Below, piece by piece: positions 57,822 through 64,000 of a stretch of 64,000 bases of DNA. Position 1 is the first letter of the stretch. Every line of letters starts with the position of its first letter. The translations under genes were made by a program, and so were the position numbers. The DNA lies in NCBI GenBank assembly GCA_030649345.1, contig JAUSKK010000016.1:4541-68540 (forward strand). The letters run 5' to 3'. Below the pieces are notes generated by a model. That model made no database searches and had not been told where the DNA came from. It worked only from the letters and a program-made list of their open reading frames with translations. Source of the stretch: Candidatus Iainarchaeum sp. Its GTDB lineage: Archaea; Iainarchaeota; Iainarchaeia; Iainarchaeales; 0-14-0-20-34-12.

Positions 57822-58067
57822 ATGGTGACTATTACTCTTGCAGTTTCTGCTGAACTAAAACAAGATATGGAAAAGTTTCCGGAAATGAACTGGTCAGCTG
57901 TAGCTCGTGCAGCGATTCAACAAAAAATCAATGACTTAAAATTCTTGAAAGAATTCAAGAAAGACAGTGAGCTTACAGAAGAAGATGCTGTTCGAATGGG
58001 CCGAGAAGTTAGTATTGCTTTAGGCAAACGATTATTGCAATTGAAAAAAAAAGAGGCAGCAAAATGA
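57822..58067 (+). CDS. VapB-like antitoxin
   Basis: 81 aa. 4-nt overlap with the downstream PIN gene. Confidence 0.5.
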   Translation: MVTITLAVSAELKQDMEKFPEMNWSAVARAAIQQKINDLKFLKEFKKDSELTEEDAVRMGREVSIALGKRLLQLKKKEAAK

Positions 58068-58468
58068 ATTTGATTGTAGATGCCAATATTGTTTTTGCTG
58101 TTTTAATCAAACAAGGCATTTCCGAAGATTTGTTATTTGATGAACAGTTTACAATCTATGCTCCAGAGTTCCTTTTCATTGAATTTGAAAAATACAAGTC
58201 TTTTCTATTAACAAAAACCCATCGGACTGAAATAGAATTCATTCATGTTTTATCCACAATCCGAAATCACATTGTTTTAGTTCCATCGCAAGAACTTGAA
58301 CCTTTTTTGGATCCCGCAAATCTAATTTCACCAGATCCGCGAGATATTCCATATATTGCCTTAGCTATTAAACTGAATGCAGTTATTTGGTCCAATGATC
58401 GTTTGCTGAAAGAAAAATTGCCATCGTATGTTAAGGTCTATACTACTCAAGAACTCTTAAAGCTGTGA
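58064..58468 (+). CDS. PIN-domain ribonuclease toxin (VapC-like)
   Basis: N-terminus is MNLIVDANIV (conserved Asp at position 6). About 134 aa. Confidence 0.65.
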   Translation: MNLIVDANIVFAVLIKQGISEDLLFDEQFTIYAPEFLFIEFEKYKSFLLTKTHRTEIEFIHVLSTIRNHIVLVPSQELEPFLDPANLISPDPRDIPYIALAIKLNAVIWSNDRLLKEKLPSYVKVYTTQELLKL

Positions 58469-58478
58469 ATTTTTTTAT

Positions 58479-60587
58479 ATGCCTCAAAATATTCAAGAAA
58501 TTGTGTTAAAGTTAAATTCGTTTTCTTCCTTTAATCCAGTGCAAACTCAAGCGCTTGAACAGAATATTTTAACCAAAACTACTGTTGTAAGTGCTCCTAC
58601 TAGTTCAGGCAAAACTTTGCTGGCTCACTTAACTGCTTTGGATTGTATTTTGAATCGCAGAAAAAAAGTAATTTATACTTGTCCTTTGCGTGCTTTGGCT
58701 TCCGAGCATTTTCATGAATTTAAAGAAAAATATTCCAAAGAATTAGATATTCGAATTGCAGTAAGCACTGGAGATTTAGATTCAACGTCCAAATATTTGA
58801 GTAAATACGATTTGATTGTAAGCACAAATGAAAAATTAGAAAGTTTGCTTCGCCATAATGCAGACTGGCTGAAACAAGTAGGCTTGTTGATTGTGGATGA
58901 AATTCATACTTTGGATTCAGACCGCGGACCAGTTATTGAAATGGTGATTGCCAAACTCAAAATGTTAAATCCAGATTTGCAAATTTTAGCACTGAGTGCC
59001 ACAGTGCCGAATTCGAAAGAAATAGCTGACTGGTTAAATGCTGAGCTTATTCAATCCAATTACAGGCCAGTGCCATTGCAAGAAGGAGTTTTGCTAGAAA
59101 ATACTGTATATTATTCTGATTCTGAATTAGAAGAACTCAAACCTAGCACAGATAGTATTCATTCGGCTGTACAAAATGTTTTAGAAAGAGAAAAACAAAT
59201 TTTGGTATTTGTGCAAGACCGAAGAAGAGCTGAAAGCTTGGCTAAAAATTTAAGTAAACGTATTTCCAAACAAGTATCTGAAAAAGAAAAAATTGTTTTG
59301 GAAAAACTTTCCAAGAAAATTTTACATTCATTGGAAAGTCCAACCGAGCAATGCAAAACTTTAGCTGAAGTTGTTAGTCAAGGAATTGCCTTTCATCATG
59401 CTGGAATTGTTCAAAAACAACGGAAATTAATTGAGGATGCTTTTCGTGCTCGTACTCTGAAAGCCATTATTGCAACTCCGACTTTAGGTGCAGGTCTCAA
59501 TATGCCGTGCGAAACAGTTTTGGTTACCAGCATTCAAAGATATACCGAAAATGGAATGACTCCAATTTCAGTGAATGAATTCAAACAAATGGTTGGCCGT
59601 GCCGGCCGGCCGAAATACGATCAAACCGGCCGTGCTTGGGTTATTGCCAAACACAAGCATGAAAAAGATGATTTGTTGCAAAATTATATTCAAGGTTCTT
59701 TGGAAGACATTCATTCCAAGCTAGGAATTGAGCCAGTCTTGCGAATGCATGCTCTTTCTTTAATCGCGTCTAGATATGTTTTTGACTATCCTTCTCTTGA
59801 AAACTTTTTTTCAAAAACATTTTATGCAAAACAATACGGTGATCTAAAACAATTGCTTTCCAAATTGCATGAACTCATTCTTGAATTAGCTGAATTAAAA
59901 TTTATTCAATTCAATTCTACTCAAACTGCATTTACGTGCACTCCTTTAGGCAAGCGAATTTCTGATTTGTATTTGGATCCTTTAAGTGCAAATACTTTAC
60001 TGCAGTCTTTGGAATTTAATTTAGATTATTTTTCTTCCGTGTTTGCTTTATGCAATACTTTTGAAATGAAACCATACATTAATATTCCGGCCAAAAAAGA
60101 ACAAACTATTTGGTTGAATTTGGTTGAACAAAAAGATTCATTGCCTTTGAATTTTGATCAAGCTCAATTTACGGATCCAGACTTACTGCAAAAGTTTTAT
60201 TCGAGTTCAGTTTTTCAAGATTGGATTCAAGAAGTTTCCGAGCAAACGATTTTAGAAAATTATAATTTACGGCCAGGAGTCCTGCATGCAAAATTGCAGC
60301 GCATGGATTGGCTGGCCTATGCTGCAATTGAATTAGCTAAATTGCAAGGAAAAGAAAAAACAGTCCAATTGTTTTATAGACTGCGAGCAAGGCTCAAACA
60401 TGGATGTAAAGAAGATTTGTTAGAATTGGTTGAATTAAAAGGCATTGGAAGAGTGCGAGCCAGAAAACTAGTTCAAGCACATATTCGAAGTATTGCAGAT
60501 ATTAAACGCATTGATTTAGTTGATTTGGAGAAAATTATTGGAAAAATCCCTGCTTTGAAAGTCAAACAACAGCTAAAACAAGCCTAA
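58479..60587 (+). CDS. Hel308/Ski2-like DNA helicase
   Basis: Walker A APTSSGKT. DEIH box (VDEIHTL). Helicase motif VI QMVGRAGRP. About 700 aa. Confidence 0.8.
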   Translation: MPQNIQEIVLKLNSFSSFNPVQTQALEQNILTKTTVVSAPTSSGKTLLAHLTALDCILNRRKKVIYTCPLRALASEHFHEFKEKYSKELDIRIAVSTGDLDSTSKYLSKYDLIVSTNEKLESLLRHNADWLKQVGLLIVDEIHTLDSDRGPVIEMVIAKLKMLNPDLQILALSATVPNSKEIADWLNAELIQSNYRPVPLQEGVLLENTVYYSDSELEELKPSTDSIHSAVQNVLEREKQILVFVQDRRRAESLAKNLSKRISKQVSEKEKIVLEKLSKKILHSLESPTEQCKTLAEVVSQGIAFHHAGIVQKQRKLIEDAFRARTLKAIIATPTLGAGLNMPCETVLVTSIQRYTENGMTPISVNEFKQMVGRAGRPKYDQTGRAWVIAKHKHEKDDLLQNYIQGSLEDIHSKLGIEPVLRMHALSLIASRYVFDYPSLENFFSKTFYAKQYGDLKQLLSKLHELILELAELKFIQFNSTQTAFTCTPLGKRISDLYLDPLSANTLLQSLEFNLDYFSSVFALCNTFEMKPYINIPAKKEQTIWLNLVEQKDSLPLNFDQAQFTDPDLLQKFYSSSVFQDWIQEVSEQTILENYNLRPGVLHAKLQRMDWLAYAAIELAKLQGKEKTVQLFYRLRARLKHGCKEDLLELVELKGIGRVRARKLVQAHIRSIADIKRIDLVDLEKIIGKIPALKVKQQLKQA

Positions 60588-60648
60588 TTTGTGTAAACTT
60601 TAAATAGTTAATATTCCTTTATTTCTTTAATACTATAAAGGGAAAACT

Positions 60649-63600
60649 ATGCCTTTGGATATTAAACAATTTTTTTCAAATATAGGTCAAGGAATCAAAA
60701 ATTTCTATTATGGTCTGGAAGACAAATATTATGATTTTGTTGACTGGCTAAAAGACCACGGAGTGCCTTTATACAAATTTACAGATTTTGTAGACCAATT
60801 TGCTCCCAGTTTTGTTGTATTGAGTTTAATTTTTTTATTATTAATTTTTTTAGGTTTATGGTTTTTTTTAGGAACTTCCATTACTGGAACAACCACTGAA
60901 TTAACTGCAACTTTGATTGTATTGGATCCAGTGAATAATCCAGTGCAGGATGCCCAAGTTCAAGTTTTTTTGCCAGACAAAACTGAAACTCTTACAACCA
61001 ATGTTTCTGGAAAAGTTCGTTTTATTCTTTCTGCAGAACAAGTGAGTGCGCGCGTCAAAATTGAAAAACAAGACTTCACAACATTTGATTCCAGTATAGA
61101 TTTTGTTGCTGGATTGGAGAATACAATTAATTTAGGATTAATTACAGGCGGTCTAGCAGAATTTCAGGGAACCCAGTATACGGTTACTGTCACGAACTCT
61201 GAAACTGGAAGAAAAATCTCAGGCATTTCTATTGAAGGAAGTTTTAATTGTTCCAATCCTGCTGTAGCTGATCCTTTACCTCAACGAACTACTCCTTTAG
61301 CGAATAGTCAACCTACGTTTACTTTTTCAGTTCCTGAAAACTGTAATACTTTAACTGGCACAATTTTAGCTTCAGGTTTTACGCAGGACACGAAACAAAT
61401 TGGAAATCAAAATTTCATTTTTTCATTAACTCCGGAAGCAGTGCAAGCAGTTACTGGAACTTTAGATGTTCAAGTTTTGGATTCAAACAGCCGAGATGTC
61501 AATAATGCAATTGTCCGAGTTTTTAATTCAGACAATCAAGTTGTTAAAGAAGGAATTTCAGATTCGCATGGTTCTGCACGTTTAACTGAAATTCCTGCTG
61601 GAACTTATAAAGTAACTGCAACTAAAGCAGGACAAAGCAAGACCAATGATTCTGTAGAAATTCAAGCTGGAAGAACTACAGCTATTACTCTTCAGTTTGC
61701 TCGTGCTGTATCTGGCCAAAAATTGTTTTTCAAAATTATAGATTCCAATACTTCTCAAAATTTAGTTGAAGCTATTGTTTTAATTTACAAAAACTCGGAT
61801 TGGGTTTCAGATATTTTAACCACAGATAATTCTGGAACAATTTCGTTTGCTTTAACAGATGCCGTGGATTCCAATACAACTTTTACTGCTTTGGTTTCCG
61901 AAGAAGGCTACAAAACTCAGTTGTTTAGATTAACGGTTCAACTTGCAAGTTCTACTGTTCCTCAAACATTCCAATTGGTTCCTGTGGATCCCGATTGTTC
62001 TGGTAATTGTGGAAATATTTTGGTGACAGTTCAAGATTCTGAACAAGTTGTACAAAATCAAGCGCAAGTAAATATTTATCGTGTAGAATTTTCCAATATT
62101 CCCATTAATTCTAATCCTTTATCTTTCTTTGACACCAATACAGACGGTCAAGTTTTATTTCAAGGAATGGCAGATGGAACTTATTATGCCAAAGCTACGA
62201 AGACTGAAAAATTAGGCCAATCTCCAACTCGTTTGCTTGCCAATGGTTTAGACATTGAATTGCCAGTAACCATTATTTTAGGTAATGGTTTTGTTGAAGT
62301 TACGGTTAAACAAAAAGATTCAGATCAACCAGTTGTTGCAGATGTAAACTTTGTCAGCAATTTTAATGGTGCTTTGTTGGGTTCGTGTAGAACACAAGCT
62401 TTAGATGGAAAATGTACTAGTCAAAGTATTCCTGCGAATGAATTTGTTTGGGTTCAAGTAAGTGCGGAAGGATTTTTTCCTGTAGAGATTGGAGACAATG
62501 GTCGTGCTATTGATATTATTCCTGTAACTCCGAAACGAATTGAAGTAGAATTAACTTCTTTGGCCAATATTCCTGCAGGTGAAAAAATTAGATTAGAGTT
62601 AGACAAAATTTGTGCTTTTAGTCCTTCATGGGATTGCTCCAGTAATACTTTATTGAATTCGAATGCATCTAGAGATACTCCTTATTTAGCAGTTTTCAAT
62701 CTTCAATTTTTAGAACCTGCCGTGAATCCTGTTTTTCATTTACACATAGGTTCGGATTTATTGCAAACATTGTATGAACAAGGAACTGTTCCTCCTTTGG
62801 GTTATAAAATTAAAATAGAAGAAGTACGCGCTCCCCAATCTGTTGTCCAATTGTATACTTGTTTTAAGCCAGTGAATGATTCTTTTTTTACGCAAGATTC
62901 TTCGATTGTAGATTGTGCTACAACAGCTGCTCAAGCCAATGCCAAGCAAGCTATTCTTTCTTGGCCTTTAGTGAATGTAGGTGAACGAAAAGTATTTGCT
63001 AAAATTTGGATTGAGAAAGCTCAAGCTCGCGGTTCTAGTGTTGAGTTGCATGCTCAAACCAAAGGAGATTTTTCTGGAACTGAATTTTTGAGTCCAAGAT
63101 TGGATATCATTCGTTTATTGGGTGAAGCGCGTTGTTCTCCGGGTCAAGATGTTTTATGGCAATTTGGTTTCCAAGCTCCTTTCCAAGGAATTTTATTTAA
63201 TCCAGTAGAACGTATAGGACCGGATGGATTAACTCAAATTACTGTACTGCAAGCTTCCGAGTCTTTGACGACTTCTCAAGATTATTCTTTGAATTATCAG
63301 TTCTCGAATTGTTCAAATCGAACTTTACAAAATGTAGATTTAAGAATCAAAGCCACCAATGTTGGCTTGAATGACATTTTGCTAGAACAAGATTTAGTGT
63401 TTAATGCTGAACCCAATGGTATTCCTGCTCCAGATGGAAGAATTGTTTCCATTCCTTCTTTGATTCGAGATTCTTCTTTTGGGCCAGAAAATATTAGTTT
63501 GTTTGCTCCAACCAAAACTGCTGCCAGTACTGGTTTCCAGTTTGCTTTATTGCAAGCTGGTCAAGCGAATATTGATGATGGAGTTCAGCATCTTCGTTTT

Positions 63601-64000
63601 GTTGTTCAAGGTGGAAACCAATTTGCTTTTGAGGGAATTCCAGAATACATTATTGCCAACACAGAGCAAACTTTGGAAGGTGTAGTCAAAGATTATGAAA
63701 CTTTATTGCCTTTAGAAAATGTTATCGTAGAATACAGGCCTTATCCTGGCCGTGCTTGGTCTAGTTCAGTTCATTCTTTTTCTACTCGCACGAATGCAGA
63801 AGGCCATTATAGTATTCCACTTACAAGAAACAATGGATTAATTATTCAAGTAGGAGATTCTGCCAGATTAATGTTTACTAAACCAAATTATGTGGAAGCC
63901 AAATTTTGGCCAGAAGCTCAAACTCTTGCAGGCTTTTCCGGAATTCAATGCTTAATTGCCCCTGATTTAATTCATGTTAGCAGAATTTCTAGAGAAACCA
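60649..64000 (+). CDS. very large membrane-anchored surface protein with repeated carboxypeptidase-regulatory-like (Ig-like) beta-sandwich modules, 3'-partial
   Basis: ATG at 60649 and an open frame to the window end (over 1100 aa). N-terminal TM (FVVLSLIFLLLIFLGLWFFLG). Repeats such as DSHGSARLTEIPAGTYKVTATKAG, NTDGQVLFQGMADGTYYAKATK and TNAEGHYSIPL. Confidence 0.55.
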   Translation, partial: MPLDIKQFFSNIGQGIKNFYYGLEDKYYDFVDWLKDHGVPLYKFTDFVDQFAPSFVVLSLIFLLLIFLGLWFFLGTSITGTTTELTATLIVLDPVNNPVQDAQVQVFLPDKTETLTTNVSGKVRFILSAEQVSARVKIEKQDFTTFDSSIDFVAGLENTINLGLITGGLAEFQGTQYTVTVTNSETGRKISGISIEGSFNCSNPAVADPLPQRTTPLANSQPTFTFSVPENCNTLTGTILASGFTQDTKQIGNQNFIFSLTPEAVQAVTGTLDVQVLDSNSRDVNNAIVRVFNSDNQVVKEGISDSHGSARLTEIPAGTYKVTATKAGQSKTNDSVEIQAGRTTAITLQFARAVSGQKLFFKIIDSNTSQNLVEAIVLIYKNSDWVSDILTTDNSGTISFALTDAVDSNTTFTALVSEEGYKTQLFRLTVQLASSTVPQTFQLVPVDPDCSGNCGNILVTVQDSEQVVQNQAQVNIYRVEFSNIPINSNPLSFFDTNTDGQVLFQGMADGTYYAKATKTEKLGQSPTRLLANGLDIELPVTIILGNGFVEVTVKQKDSDQPVVADVNFVSNFNGALLGSCRTQALDGKCTSQSIPANEFVWVQVSAEGFFPVEIGDNGRAIDIIPVTPKRIEVELTSLANIPAGEKIRLELDKICAFSPSWDCSSNTLLNSNASRDTPYLAVFNLQFLEPAVNPVFHLHIGSDLLQTLYEQGTVPPLGYKIKIEEVRAPQSVVQLYTCFKPVNDSFFTQDSSIVDCATTAAQANAKQAILSWPLVNVGERKVFAKIWIEKAQARGSSVELHAQTKGDFSGTEFLSPRLDIIRLLGEARCSPGQDVLWQFGFQAPFQGILFNPVERIGPDGLTQITVLQASESLTTSQDYSLNYQFSNCSNRTLQNVDLRIKATNVGLNDILLEQDLVFNAEPNGIPAPDGRIVSIPSLIRDSSFGPENISLFAPTKTAASTGFQFALLQAGQANIDDGVQHLRFVVQGGNQFAFEGIPEYIIANTEQTLEGVVKDYETLLPLENVIVEYRPYPGRAWSSSVHSFSTRTNAEGHYSIPLTRNNGLIIQVGDSARLMFTKPNYVEAKFWPEAQTLAGFSGIQCLIAPDLIHVSRISRET

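Noticed and set aside
1-64000. Transposase or IS element, rRNA, prophage genes
   Set aside because: No DDE or HTH transposase signatures, terminal IRs with TSDs, rRNA-like conserved stretches, or phage structural genes were seen.

Overview
This window is gene-dense, low-GC (roughly 30%) DNA from what looks like a small-genome archaeon, possibly a DPANN-type lineage; that placement is an inference from gene content and composition. Archaeal informational and housekeeping genes recognisable by motif include aCPSF1 (KH + beta-CASP), a second beta-CASP RNase, a Hel308/Ski2-like helicase, a RecJ/Cdc45-like DHH nuclease interrupted by a LAGLIDADG intein, Pus10, proteasome beta subunit, NAC alpha, long-type FKBP, a Fap7/AK6-like kinase, PGK, PGM/PMM, NUDIX and duplicated-domain ThyX. 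Alongside these are bacterial-flavoured metabolic genes: type I GAPDH and CoaE plus CoaD. An archaeal type IV pilus locus is present, with a FlaI/PilB-type ATPase, a FlaJ/TadC-like membrane component split into two genes, a coiled-coil protein and at least six pilin-like genes with class III signal peptides. Several very large secreted or anchored surface proteins are encoded. The accessory content includes a Doc/Fic toxin cassette inserted at the 3' end of thyX with a perfect 34-bp duplication, a DUF4258/DUF2283-like toxin-antitoxin pair, and a VapBC-like PIN pair with a palindromic operator. Two tandem polyprenyl synthase paralogs are separated by a 58-bp tandem repeat. Two paralogous kinase-fold proteins that appear to lack the catalytic Asp flank a NUDIX gene. 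A roughly 290-nt GC-rich, helix-rich intergenic segment is a candidate structured ncRNA. A recurring inverted-repeat motif with core TGTTGAAT...ATTCAACA appears in several intergenic regions. No rRNA, convincing tRNA, CRISPR array or transposase was found.
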